Part shown: piece by piece, positions 40,401-50,067 of the stretch
Layout of the letters: every line of letters starts with the position of its first letter
How positions within the stretch are numbered: position 1 is the first letter of the stretch
DNA from: an uncultured bacterium
GTDB taxonomy: Bacteria > Patescibacteriota > Dojkabacteria > SC72
Length of the DNA stretch: 64,000 bases
Assembly (NCBI GenBank): GCA_903906305.1
Contig: CAIVJR010000005.1
Coordinates: forward strand, 162,113-226,112
Reading direction: 5' to 3'
Program-made: the position numbers and the translations under genes
Notes under the pieces: model-generated
The model's database searches: none
What the model was told of the DNA's origin: nothing
Seen by the model: only the letters and a program-made list of their open reading frames with translations

Positions 40401-41132
40401 TTATTTTCCTCTCCTTGCCTCCCACAACCCAATCGCAGTAGCTACAGAAAGATTAAGAGAATCCACCTTGTCCGAATTAGGTATGTATATGCTCTGTCCT
40501 AATTCTCCAAATTCTTTAGGTAGTCCCTTACTTTCATTCCCTTGAATCATACTAAATGGCTCCTCAAACTTAACCTCTCGAATATCCTTAGCACCATCAA
40601 GCATGAAGGTATATATATTCCTTTTGCTGTACTTAGTCATATATTCCTGAATACTATCAAAATATTCAAAATCTATTTGGAATATTGCCCCCATTGTAGA
40701 ACGCACAACCATAGGGTCAAAAATATCAGTAGCAGGACGAATTATGGCCAAATTAGTAACATCAAACCCAAGCATAGTTCTGATTATTGTTCCTAGATTC
40801 CCCATATTCCTTGGCTCTACCAATACCAAATGATTCTCTTTTGGATCTAGTACAGAATCATATTTTTTGAAAATACCTAACACATATGTATTCTCCTTAG
40901 TCGCAATCTTGTCTATAGCCCTGTCGGCGACTTCTACTGGAATTCTCAACTCTTCACACAAATCTAGAACATCATTTACACCTTCACTTTCATCATGCTT
41001 GGATTTAACCAACACCTTTATGAGGTTCTCTTTCTGATGATTAATCAAATCTATGGTTGGATATGTACCAAAGGAATATGAATAGTCATACTTCTTTTGA
41101 TATCTTTTTAATCTTGGATCTAGTATTCCCAT
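40401..41132 (-). CDS. SpoU/TrmH-family RNA 2'-O-methyltransferase
   Basis: …LVLVEPRNMGNLGTIIRTM…, …MIQGNESKGLP…, …YIPNSDKVDSLNLSVATAIGLWE match SPOUT motifs. Confidence 0.8.
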   Translation of the reverse strand: MGILDPRLKRYQKKYDYSYSFGTYPTIDLINHQKENLIKVLVKSKHDESEGVNDVLDLCEELRIPVEVADRAIDKIATKENTYVLGIFKKYDSVLDPKENHLVLVEPRNMGNLGTIIRTMLGFDVTNLAIIRPATDIFDPMVVRSTMGAIFQIDFEYFDSIQEYMTKYSKRNIYTFMLDGAKDIREVKFEEPFSMIQGNESKGLPKEFGELGQSIYIPNSDKVDSLNLSVATAIGLWEARRGK

Positions 41133-41133
41133 A

Positions 41134-42090
41134 TTACTTCTTCATGACATCTTTTAATATCTTGTCTACGCTCCCCTTAGACCTCACTAAGCTCCATTTC
41201 TCCTCACGAAGCATTAAGTATGCCTCTTCAACTTTTGCCTTCGTCTGATCGAGCTGTTTGTTCTTGTTTGCCAATTCATTCTGTGTTTCAATTTCTTTTT
41301 GGAACATAACATAGATACTGTTTAAGAAACCAATTAAAAGACCAATATATGCAAAGAATCTTGCCCATATTGAAAGATTCATCATATTTGAATATTCCAA
41401 ATTGAAGAATGGAAGATAGAAGATTTGTGAAAGAATTAGGAATGCTATGAGGAAGATAATCCAGTAGTTGAAGTCATCATACAACCAGTTCTTGCTTAAC
41501 AAATATCCAAGTAAAGCTAGAATGAGGAACATGAGGGATATGAGACCAACAATGATTACTGCCATTCCATCGACAATGATTCCGGCTACCATGAGGTAAA
41601 CAAAGACACCAATGAAAAGTCCAAAACTTCCACCAACTACTCCCATTAAAATAGCTTCTTTTTTCTTTTTACTTTTTCCATTTACTTCATCTTTCCTACT
41701 AACCAACCAACTTACAAACATTATAACCGCTAAAAATGTTTTTGAAAGTACAGAGGTAACTGGATATACCTGGGATACTGCGCCCGAGAAGAGATTGCTC
41801 ATTCCTCCAAGATCCAAAACTACTTGGAAGATATCCAAGAGTCCTACTCCCAAAAATCCTATCCCTATGAACAGATAGTTCCATGATATTTTTTTAGTAT
41901 AGTAACGAAGTAAGGCTAAGACACCAATGAACAGTGCAAATATTCCAGATATGAGAGTTACAAATGGTTGAAAATCTTTGATCCAAACAATATCTCCAGC
42001 CCAATATGCTAAGCCTAAGAAGGCAAGCAAGGAAACGCATAGTGAAAGAAACTGGATATCTACGTGTTCACGGGGCAATCTGTTTTTCAT
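41134..42090 (-). CDS. Polytopic membrane protein (about 8 TM) with C-terminal cytoplasmic coiled coil, hypothetical
   Basis: 318 aa. Hydrophobic core, then …NELANKNKQLDQTKAKVEEAYLMLREEKW…. Confidence 0.45.
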   Translation of the reverse strand: MKNRLPREHVDIQFLSLCVSLLAFLGLAYWAGDIVWIKDFQPFVTLISGIFALFIGVLALLRYYTKKISWNYLFIGIGFLGVGLLDIFQVVLDLGGMSNLFSGAVSQVYPVTSVLSKTFLAVIMFVSWLVSRKDEVNGKSKKKKEAILMGVVGGSFGLFIGVFVYLMVAGIIVDGMAVIIVGLISLMFLILALLGYLLSKNWLYDDFNYWIIFLIAFLILSQIFYLPFFNLEYSNMMNLSIWARFFAYIGLLIGFLNSIYVMFQKEIETQNELANKNKQLDQTKAKVEEAYLMLREEKWSLVRSKGSVDKILKDVMKK

Positions 42091-42107
42091 AGATTAATAA
42101 TTAAAAA

Positions 42108-42611
42108 TTAATACATAAACTGCTTAAGCTCAATCTTTACGTTTCTTTCTGCTAATGGAGAACATATCAAGAGGCTTCCTTCCCCATCATGAGATATGTA
42201 ATATCCTGTTCCATTTCCATTGGTTCTAAATTCATCAATAGGTAGTGTTTTGTCTTTGGTATATTCTAAAGCACTTGTTAGATTTACATATCCTTTACAA
42301 TCTGATATACCTGTTTTACATATTTCATTTCCAATACTTGCACATGTTCTGTTAAGGGGAATCATACTAGGGATATTTCCAGTAGCACTTACATATGCTT
42401 TCATAGCTTCTATTATGGTTAGCATTGCAGTATTTCTATCAGAATTTCTTACATCTGATTTCATCTTCCCAGGATTCAATATCATGTATGCGAATCCTCC
42501 AATTACAAGAAATATTGAAAAGATAACCAATCCATCTAAGAGCAAATTTCTCTTAATCGTCTTTTGGACTTGGTTGGCAGTTGGCAATCCTTTCATGGAT
42601 ATATAATACAA
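42108..42611 (-). CDS. Membrane-anchored secreted protein, hypothetical
   Basis: 167 aa with an N-terminal TM after a short basic segment. Four Cys in the ectodomain. Confidence 0.4.
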   Translation of the reverse strand: MYYISMKGLPTANQVQKTIKRNLLLDGLVIFSIFLVIGGFAYMILNPGKMKSDVRNSDRNTAMLTIIEAMKAYVSATGNIPSMIPLNRTCASIGNEICKTGISDCKGYVNLTSALEYTKDKTLPIDEFRTNGNGTGYYISHDGEGSLLICSPLAERNVKIELKQFMY

Positions 42612-42628
42612 AACAAAAAAAGTTTTTA

Positions 42629-42874
42629 CTACTTGTCTAATTTCTTCTTAACTGCGAAGTAGTAAACAATTGAAAGAATGCCGCTATATCCACAGAATAT
42701 TCCTACTATTAAGAGTACAAGCCATAGTGTTCTGTCTTTGAAATCTTTTTCATCCCTATTTATACAATCAACTAGCATCCAAATTATGAATGCGAGGAAT
42801 GCAAAGGCTAATAATATTCCAAAAAGAATTGTTGGGATAAATAAAAATCTTAGTAATAGTCCTAAGTTGTACAT
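42629..42874 (-). CDS. Small 2-TM membrane protein, PLD-nuclease N-terminal (PLDc_N)-like
   Basis: 81 aa. …IWMLVDCINRDEKDFKDRTLWLVLLIVGIFCGYSGI… matches the PLDc_N pattern. Confidence 0.4.
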   Translation of the reverse strand: MYNLGLLLRFLFIPTILFGILLAFAFLAFIIWMLVDCINRDEKDFKDRTLWLVLLIVGIFCGYSGILSIVYYFAVKKKLDK

Positions 42875-43146
42875 AATTTTAAGATTGGTTAGTTTAACGG
42901 GATTATCATATCATTTCTGTATTTATAATCAAATACCCCTATAGAGTGATAAGTATAATTATATAGTAATTATATATTAAAAGAATGTTGTTGCAACGGT
43001 ATAAATACCCTGCTCTCACAGGTTATCCACACATATTGATGATTGTGGAGAGTAGAACAGTACCGAAAAGATTCATATATCACTTAAAGGGGCGCTAGAA
43101 GCCCTGAGATTATTGATAGTCGTTGAAATTTGATAATACATACAAA

Positions 43147-43233
43147 CGGAGAGAGAGGGATTCGAACCCCCGATATGGTTACCCATACAATGCTTTTCGA
43201 AAGCATCCCTTTCAGCCACTCAGGCATCTCTCC
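43147..43233 (-). tRNA. tRNA-Ser (anticodon CGA)
   Basis: Reverse complement GGAGAGATGCCTGAGTGGCTGAAAGGGATGCTTTCGAAAAGCATTGTATGGGTAACCATATCGGGGGTTCGAATCCCTCTCTCTCCG. Confidence 0.85.
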
Positions 43234-43241
43234 TTAAAAGC

Positions 43242-43931
43242 TTAAACCTTCTCTAAAGGGATATATTCACCAAAGTTTAACTTCTCTAACCAACCCTGTT
43301 TCCTAATATCCTTGTAAAGAAGTTTCTCTTGTAACAATACAAATATTGCATCCTTGTCCTTCTCGCTAAGTAAGAATAACAATGCGCCAGGAAGATTCAA
43401 TTTGGTATCAACAATCAAGAAAAGCTGATCCTGTTTCTTCGTAAAGTAAAAATTCTTCATTATGTACCACTCGTAGAGCTTGTTACCGGTATCTATACCT
43501 CTAGCTGTAATCTGATGGGTAACCTTCTGAGGTTTAGTAGTACCCAATACATATATTAGGAAAAGCATAGCTATGATAGCTCCCATGAGGAAGTAATGGC
43601 CCAAGATGGCGAGAAGGAGTATTAATACTAAACTTAATGCAACTATGATCATGAAATATTTAGTACTGTATGATATCTCATACCTATCTGGAGCTTCCCA
43701 TTCAAAAAGCTTGATATTCTGTACAACCTTCTTCTCTTCTTCAACTAAAGGATCTTTTTCTAATACAGCCTCCCCTTTTACAACTTTTCTTCTTCTATCA
43801 TTCTTTTCATCTTCCACGGCTTGTTTCTTAGCTTTTTCTAAAGCTTTCTCCTTTTTTTCTAAAGCCATCTCACCGGATATTATTTTTACTAAGTCAGTTA
43901 GTTCTTTGTTCATATGGATATCATATAACAA
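43242..43931 (-). CDS. Hypothetical membrane protein (central double TM; N-terminal K/E-rich coiled region)
   Basis: 229 aa ORF with no motif. Confidence 0.4.
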   Translation of the reverse strand: MLYDIHMNKELTDLVKIISGEMALEKKEKALEKAKKQAVEDEKNDRRRKVVKGEAVLEKDPLVEEEKKVVQNIKLFEWEAPDRYEISYSTKYFMIIVALSLVLILLLAILGHYFLMGAIIAMLFLIYVLGTTKPQKVTHQITARGIDTGNKLYEWYIMKNFYFTKKQDQLFLIVDTKLNLPGALLFLLSEKDKDAIFVLLQEKLLYKDIRKQGWLEKLNFGEYIPLEKV

Positions 43932-44292
43932 AGAGGCTTAAGATAACAACTATTAAGATGGCAATCCCCCATATAAAGTTCAAAATGTGGAAGAAATGTA
44001 GGAGATAAACAATCAAAATGCCAAAACTCAATAATAGCCCATACTTGATTGATAATTGAATATTCTTTTCAACCTCAATTTGCTTAAAGAATATCGTCCT
44101 TACTCCAAAGATTATTAACATGCTAATACAAAGTAATGCTATATATAGCAAAAAGAAAAGTACTACTACATTCATAACTTGCATATCCCCATTGATATCT
44201 AACGGTAAGAAGTTTGAATTCTGAATTAAATAGTACAAAAATCCTACAGTCACAGTGAACGTCCCTGTTGTTGTAGCAAGAAATTTAATCAT
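43921..44292 (-). CDS. Small polytopic membrane protein, hypothetical
   Basis: 123 aa, 3-4 TM. Confidence 0.35.
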   Translation of the reverse strand: MIKFLATTTGTFTVTVGFLYYLIQNSNFLPLDINGDMQVMNVVVLFFLLYIALLCISMLIIFGVRTIFFKQIEVEKNIQLSIKYGLLLSFGILIVYLLHFFHILNFIWGIAILIVVILSLFVI

Positions 44293-44360
44293 TGGGTTTT
44301 CTCTAGGCTTTTTAGATTAGAAAATATACTTATATCATAGTCCAAATAATTTCTAATTAC

Positions 44361-45044
44361 TTGTATATGAATATATTAATTATAGAGAATTCCCCTACTC
44401 TTTCTCAATTGCTTAAAAAAGCGTTGGATGCATACGGATATGGGACGACATTGGATGATGAAAATTTTCAAAGTAGGTCGTTTATACCTAAAAAGGTTTT
44501 TGATTTCATCATATTAAATACCAATCTTGGAAAAGAATTAACCGCTGAAATACTTAGCTATATTAAGACTTCTGACAAAGATACAAAAGTGCTTGGTGTT
44601 TGTAATAAAGGAAGTTGGGTTGAGAAGGTAGAATTTCTTAATCATGGTGGTGATGATGTCCTTACATATCCTTTTCCAGTTCAAGAGCTACTTGCAAGGA
44701 TTCAATCCCTTATTCGTAGACCTAAGCGTTATGTTGATGAAAATTTATATGTTGGTGATTATGTCTTAGATACTAATAATCATATAGTTACAAAGAATGA
44801 AAAGGATATTAATCTGAGGAAGAAGGAATATTCCCTCTTTGAATATTTAGCTCGTAACAAAGATCGTGCCATTTCAAGATGTGAATTACTAGACCATGTA
44901 TGGGATTACAGAGAATACGTGGGATCTAATACCATTGATGTACATATTAAAAGGCTAAGAGAGAAACTAGACGACAAAGGTATTATCAATACAATACATG
45001 GCGTAGGTTACAAGATACATGTAAAGAAAACTAAAGCATCATAG
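44361..45044 (+). CDS. OmpR/PhoB-family response-regulator-like transcription factor with atypical (Asp-less) receiver domain
   Basis: C-terminal winged helix (…LSLFEYLARNKDRAISRCELLDHVWDY…IDVHIKRLREKL…GVGYKI). At the expected phospho-acceptor position (…DFIILNTNLG…) the receiver has Asn. Confidence 0.65.
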   Translation: MYMNILIIENSPTLSQLLKKALDAYGYGTTLDDENFQSRSFIPKKVFDFIILNTNLGKELTAEILSYIKTSDKDTKVLGVCNKGSWVEKVEFLNHGGDDVLTYPFPVQELLARIQSLIRRPKRYVDENLYVGDYVLDTNNHIVTKNEKDINLRKKEYSLFEYLARNKDRAISRCELLDHVWDYREYVGSNTIDVHIKRLREKLDDKGIINTIHGVGYKIHVKKTKAS

Positions 45045-46152
45045 GCATAACTAGATGCACGAAGTTTTCGTCACCTTTGATTTTGAATACTCCTGGTCTT
45101 ACAGGTTCAGAACATTCAAAGGTAATATTATCGGAATCTAGATGATTTAATACATCAGAAAGAAGTTTGGCACTAAATGCTATTTTAATATCATCTCCTT
45201 CTACCTTACATGTTAAATTACTTTGATTTTTACCTAAATCGGATTGTGTGGCTGAGAGAGAAATCTTTCCTTCTTTGTATATATCTAAAATCATCTTGTT
45301 TCCTAATACTGATCTAGCAATGATATTTATGACCTTAAGCGAATTTAACAACTCACTCTTAGAAATCTCACTCTTAGTCTTATATCCAGTAGGTATAATC
45401 TGCTTGTATTCAGGGAATTCCCCATCGATTAACCTAGACACTAAATCAACTTCTCCAAATCTGAAGAGAATCTGATTTCTGTCATTTAATACATAGAATT
45501 CAATAAATTCATCCTCACTGTCTAACTCTGTAGCAATATGTGCTAACTCTTCTAAAGCTCTTACAGGTACCAACATACTCTTGTCTTCCGTTGCTTTTGC
45601 AATCTTAACCATCTGTCTAGAAAGTCTCAGACCATCTGTACATACAAATGATAGCGTATCATCAACTATTTCAACCTTAACTCCTGTTAAAACAGGTTTA
45701 ATATCATCCTTTGCAGCTGCAAATGCAACTCTATTTATAGCTGTTACAAAATCAGCTTTGTTAATCCTAACAACAGGTTTCTGTCCCTCTTCGATCATAG
45801 GGATTGCTGGAAAATCATCAGCTGGCATTGTATTGAAACTTGCAGAGTTGTTTTCTGTAGATATATTGAAACTCTGTTTGTCTAATTCAACATCAACCTT
45901 CTCTTCTGGAATAGAGTTTATGAATTCTGATAACTGCTTAGCAGGTGCTGTTATTTTACCTTCAACTTTTACATCTGCCCCTATCCAAGTGCTTATGCTT
46001 AATTCAAGATCTGTAACCTTTAATATTACTTTACCTTTAACTATTTCAAAAAGAACATTGTTAAGGATTGGTAATCCTGGTCTGTTGTTTACTACTCGAC
46101 TTATTATGTTTAAGTATTTAGAAAATGTATCTTGATTGCATGAGAACTGCAT
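45031..46152 (-). CDS. dnaN: DNA polymerase III beta subunit (sliding clamp)
   Basis: 373 aa with three-domain clamp architecture. N-terminal MQFSCNQDTFSKYLNIISRVV…; adjacent to dnaA. Confidence 0.9.
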   Translation of the reverse strand: MQFSCNQDTFSKYLNIISRVVNNRPGLPILNNVLFEIVKGKVILKVTDLELSISTWIGADVKVEGKITAPAKQLSEFINSIPEEKVDVELDKQSFNISTENNSASFNTMPADDFPAIPMIEEGQKPVVRINKADFVTAINRVAFAAAKDDIKPVLTGVKVEIVDDTLSFVCTDGLRLSRQMVKIAKATEDKSMLVPVRALEELAHIATELDSEDEFIEFYVLNDRNQILFRFGEVDLVSRLIDGEFPEYKQIIPTGYKTKSEISKSELLNSLKVINIIARSVLGNKMILDIYKEGKISLSATQSDLGKNQSNLTCKVEGDDIKIAFSAKLLSDVLNHLDSDNITFECSEPVRPGVFKIKGDENFVHLVMPMML

Positions 46153-46612
46153 ATTACTTAAATGTAAATTTTATATAGTTAGGCAGTTTACTATTCTATT
46201 GTATCATCTTTTGATAGTTATAAAAATTCTCGTGTGTCCTTTACTGTATTATTTTTTAATATATATTTAGTAATAGATGTAGTAGTGAGTATGGATATGT
46301 TGATAACTATATTGTATCTATTCGGAACCCTTTCTATACTCTATTTTCTTTAGATTTTAAGTATGTGGATACTGTGGTGAAATTTAAATGTTGTATTTAC
46401 AAAGAAATTACAAAAATAGACTTTAAAAACAACAATTTTTAATGTGGTTAATTTTCTGAATAACCCTGGAGTAAGTATGGGTATGTGTGGTTAGTTTGAA
46501 AAACAGAAATTGATACCTAGAAAGAGCTCAATGATATTCCAACGTTTCTTTACTGTGGAGAAGATATGGTGTTATCCAAAGATATACATACACTATCCAC
46601 AAGGTTATCCAC
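46153..46612. promoter_or_regulatory. Candidate replication origin (oriC) in the dnaA-dnaN spacer: AT-rich DUE plus at least 7 DnaA-box-like 9-mers
   Basis: TGTGGATAc (~46364), TGTGGtTAA (~46444), TGTGGtTAg (~46486), TGTGGAgAA (~46555), TTATCCAaA (~46572), cTATCCACA (~46593), TTATCCACc (~46605). AT-rich stretch ~46225-46275. Confidence 0.55.
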
Positions 46613-48070
46613 CTACTCCCTGATGAGTTTGTAGCAACTCTGGAGCTTTTCATTAAAGCGAGAATCCTTTTCCTTTAATGCTTTTATCTTCTCACACGCA
46701 TGTAATACCGTAGTATGATCTTTTCTGTTCACTTCTCGAGCTACTTGCTCAAGTGGCATGGATAATTCCGTTCTTAAGATATACATAACTATCTGTCTAC
46801 ACTGTGCTACATATGCTGTTCTTCTATCCCCTTTTATATCTGCCAACTTAACATCAAATATTTCAGATACACTCTTCATTACTTTTGCTGGAGATATTTT
46901 TTTTCGTTTACTCTCCAAATCTATTTGTAAAAGTCTTCCAATATCCTCATATGTAGGATTCATTCCTAATTTAAAGAGTGAAAGGACCTTAGTTAAAGCA
47001 CCTTCTAGCTCTCTAATATTGTTTTCTACATTCTTAGCTATTAAGTCAAGATATTCTCTTGGGACATCCACTGTTGCACCTTTGTCTATCATCAATTGTT
47101 GAAGTATAGCTAATCTGGTTTCATAATCAGGAGCTTGTATATCTGCAACCATTCCACCTTCAAACCTAGATCTTAATCTGTCTGTAATATTTTTAATTTC
47201 CTTAGGTGGCCTGTCTGACGCCAACACGATTTGTTTATTCGCCTGGTATAGTGTATTAAAGGTGTGGAAAAGCTCTTCCTGTGTTCTAGGATATGTTTCC
47301 ACAAACTGAACATCGTCAATTATTAATAGATCTACAGCTCTATACTTGTTTCTAAAGTCTTCGTTCCTCTTTGTTCTAATGGACTCTACCATTTCATTAA
47401 GGAATTGTTCTATTGAGATATATACGACCTTTTTGTCTGGGAATTTGTTAATAACTTCATTGCCGATCGCTTGCATTAAGTGAGTCTTCCCTACTCCCGT
47501 ATTACCATGGAAGAAAACAGGATTGTAAGCTTCTCCCAAGCTTTCTACAACGGCTTGTGCTACAGCTTCTGCCAATCGATTATTCGCTCCAACTATGAAG
47601 TTAGAGAAAAGATATCTAGGATTAAGTTGGGCTTTTTTAAGTGTATCTTCTTTCTGAATCTTCTCATTCTCTGCAGAAGAAAAAAGGTCTACTGACTGAT
47701 TGGTCTTGGGATCGTGGTACTCGTATTTGTATTTTTCCTTCACAGTTTGTGTTTCTCTTAGATTAATTTCGACCTCTAAATTAAGGCCACAAGATTTTCT
47801 TAGAGCATCTTGCAGAGAGTGCCTGTAATCCCTGAGCATCTTTTCTCTTTTGTATGGTATATCACACGAAATTTGGGCTACTCCATTTGAGATATTTTCA
47901 ATGTAACACCCTCCGAAGGTATTTTTAAATTCTTCGACGCCAATCATTAGCTTTAAATTTTCTTTTGCAGATCTCCACAGTGCATCTGGATCTAGTGTTT
48001 GAGAAGAGGAAGAATTAACAGTAATATCTGGTTTTGGTAATTCTTGTACGTTAAATTCTGCTTTGTCCAT
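46613..48070 (-). CDS. dnaA: Chromosomal replication initiator protein DnaA
   Basis: AAA+ Walker A GNTGVGKTHLMQAIGNE, sensor/box VII, and C-terminal DnaA-box-binding HTH (…DHTTVLHACEKI…). Confidence 0.95.
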   Translation of the reverse strand: MDKAEFNVQELPKPDITVNSSSSQTLDPDALWRSAKENLKLMIGVEEFKNTFGGCYIENISNGVAQISCDIPYKREKMLRDYRHSLQDALRKSCGLNLEVEINLRETQTVKEKYKYEYHDPKTNQSVDLFSSAENEKIQKEDTLKKAQLNPRYLFSNFIVGANNRLAEAVAQAVVESLGEAYNPVFFHGNTGVGKTHLMQAIGNEVINKFPDKKVVYISIEQFLNEMVESIRTKRNEDFRNKYRAVDLLIIDDVQFVETYPRTQEELFHTFNTLYQANKQIVLASDRPPKEIKNITDRLRSRFEGGMVADIQAPDYETRLAILQQLMIDKGATVDVPREYLDLIAKNVENNIRELEGALTKVLSLFKLGMNPTYEDIGRLLQIDLESKRKKISPAKVMKSVSEIFDVKLADIKGDRRTAYVAQCRQIVMYILRTELSMPLEQVAREVNRKDHTTVLHACEKIKALKEKDSRFNEKLQSCYKLIRE

Positions 48071-48291
48071 ACTGGTAGACAGGTAATATATAATCTTAAG
48101 GCAGTTTGGAGGCAGTGTTCTGGCCGATTGGGACTTTAGACCATTATATATATTTTTCTTGAGTTGTGGATATGTATTCTAGGACGTTGAGAATATCCTT
48201 TGTAAGAAAGCGTTTCTAAGACATGATTTAATATCTAGAATCTTTAGAGGGTATTTTGAGTTAGACCCTTACCCTATTATTATGTTGGTAT

Positions 48292-48320
48292 TTGCCAATT
48301 ATCCACTCATCATATATAAT
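48292..48320 (+). promoter_or_regulatory. rpmH promoter (-35 TTGCCA, 17-nt spacer containing a TTATCCAC DnaA box, -10 TATAAT)
   Basis: ttgcca attatccactcatcata tataat, about 30 nt upstream of rpmH ATG. A second box TTGTGGATA lies at ~48164. Confidence 0.45.
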
Positions 48321-48350
48321 ACCCACGATATCATATAGAGTTATAAATCA

Positions 48351-48533
48351 ATGAAAAGAACATACCAACCAAAAAACGTAAAAAGAATTAGAAAATTTGG
48401 CTTCATGGCTAGAAATGCAACTCCTGATGGAAGAAACGTATTAAAAAGAAGAAAAGCAAAAGGTAGAGTAAGACTCACTGCAAGTGAGGAATACAAAACC
48501 CTTAGAAAAAAGCATACAAAAAGTATAAGATAG
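48351..48533 (+). CDS. rpmH: 50S ribosomal protein L34 (with about 15-aa C-terminal extension)
   Basis: [39 protein letters not shown]. Confidence 0.85.
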   Translation: MKRTYQPKNVKRIRKFGFMARNATPDGRNVLKRRKAKGRVRLTASEEYKTLRKKHTKSIR

Positions 48534-48541
48534 TAGTATAT

Positions 48542-48871
48542 ATGCTACCTAAAAAATACAAATTGCCAGCAAAAGATTTTCGTTATGTGTACTCCAAAGG
48601 TTTGAAATTTCGCGGACAGTATGGAATGTTAGTTGCTCTAGCATCATCCTCTACTCCTCAGTTTGGATTTGTATTAAACAAGAAGGTTGGGAATGCAGTT
48701 CAAAGACATCGAATGACCAGATTGCTCAGAGTAATTGTTATGGAATTAGTTAAAGAATTGGAACTTGATAATTACAAATTCAATTTTGAATATGTAGCTT
48801 TCGTGTTTTGTGATTCTAAAGAGACATTAAAGGCGGATGTGATTACTCAATTCAAGAATGTAATTAAATAA
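48542..48871 (+). CDS. rnpA: Ribonuclease P protein component
   Basis: Position after rpmH; basic; …GFVLNKKVGNAVQRHRMTRLLR (RNR-like motif region). Confidence 0.8.
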   Translation: MLPKKYKLPAKDFRYVYSKGLKFRGQYGMLVALASSSTPQFGFVLNKKVGNAVQRHRMTRLLRVIVMELVKELELDNYKFNFEYVAFVFCDSKETLKADVITQFKNVIK

Positions 48872-49110
48872 TGAAGCATATACTTCTCTTCTTAATACGT
48901 ATCTACCAAAAGACTTTGTCATATGATCATGGATATATGGGAAAGCTTTTTCCTAACAATCGGCCATGTAAATTTACCCCTTCATGTTCAGAATATGGAT
49001 ATCAGGCTATAGATAAGTATGGTGTATTTAAAGGAACGAAAATGGCAGTTCAAAGAGTAGCACGATGTACTCCAAATGCTCAGCCAGGACAATACGACCC
49101 AGTACCGTAG
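48871..49110 (+). CDS. yidD: Membrane protein insertion efficiency factor YidD
   Basis: …FTPSCSEYGYQAIDKYG…; conserved position between rnpA and yidC. Confidence 0.8.
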   Translation: MKHILLFLIRIYQKTLSYDHGYMGKLFPNNRPCKFTPSCSEYGYQAIDKYGVFKGTKMAVQRVARCTPNAQPGQYDPVP

Positions 49111-49162
49111 TAAATTAGGGAGGAATTGTATATAATCAGAAGTTACTTTTTTATAAACACAT

Positions 49163-50020
49163 ATGACATTTACAGATATCTGGAACACAATATTCACAGA
49201 ACCACTTCTCAACTTAATGTTGGTCTTTTACCACATATGTGGAGATAATCTTGGTATCGCCATTCTCTTAGTTGCAGTTATTACTAGATTAGCATTAATC
49301 CCTTTCACTAAGAAACAGACTGCTATGACGAGAAAGATGGCAGGACTTAAACCTCAATTAGATGAATTAAAAGCAAAATACGGTAGTAATCCTCAGAAAC
49401 TTTCAGAAGAGCAAACGAAACTTTACAAAAAAGTTGGTTACAATCCTCTTGGTTGTTTAGTGACTTTGATACCTCAATTAGTTGTTCTCTCTGTATTAAT
49501 AGTAGTAATTAGAAATGTTTCTGAAAATAAGCTTGATGGAGTATATCCTTTCATTCAGAACTGGTTCATAACCGGAGAGGATTTTGCAATTAATACAAGC
49601 TTCTTGTTCTGGGATCTTACTAAGTCCTACTCCACTATTGGTGCTGAATTTGGAAAGTTCTCTATACAAGCAATATCATATTTGATTCTCGCTCTCTTAG
49701 TAGGTGTTTCTCAGTACATAACTACAATCTTTACACAGAAGATGCAGAATCCAACAAATGTAGTTCCAGAAAAGAAAAGTCCTAAGAAAAAAGACGAACC
49801 TGTATCTCCAGAGGCATTACAAGGAAAGATGATGAAGTCTATGAATTTGATATTACCTCTTTCTACGGTGTTCATAGCTGTTAGTGCATCTTCAGCATTG
49901 AGTGTATATTGGATCGTTCAGTCATTGATGTTAGTAGCACAATATTGGATATTGGATTGGGACAAGACTAAAGCAGGAGTACAGAACCTATATACTAAAT
50001 ACTTTAAGAAATCTAAATAA
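49163..50020 (+). CDS. yidC: Membrane protein insertase YidC/Oxa1 (short form)
   Basis: 285 aa, 5 TM; …IAILLVAVITRLALIPFTKKQ…MRKM…LKPQLDELKAKY… matches the YidC core. Confidence 0.8.
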   Translation: MTFTDIWNTIFTEPLLNLMLVFYHICGDNLGIAILLVAVITRLALIPFTKKQTAMTRKMAGLKPQLDELKAKYGSNPQKLSEEQTKLYKKVGYNPLGCLVTLIPQLVVLSVLIVVIRNVSENKLDGVYPFIQNWFITGEDFAINTSFLFWDLTKSYSTIGAEFGKFSIQAISYLILALLVGVSQYITTIFTQKMQNPTNVVPEKKSPKKKDEPVSPEALQGKMMKSMNLILPLSTVFIAVSASSALSVYWIVQSLMLVAQYWILDWDKTKAGVQNLYTKYFKKSK

Positions 50021-50067
50021 CACTACCCCGTTATTTTGAGAAATAAATTAAATATATTTTTAATGTT

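Noticed and set aside
43015-43035. Perfect DnaA box TTATCCACA at ~43021, 3.5 kb from dnaN
   Set aside because: It is a single isolated 9-mer between a tRNA and a small membrane gene. A chance occurrence is expected at this AT content. The real box cluster is at 46360-46613.
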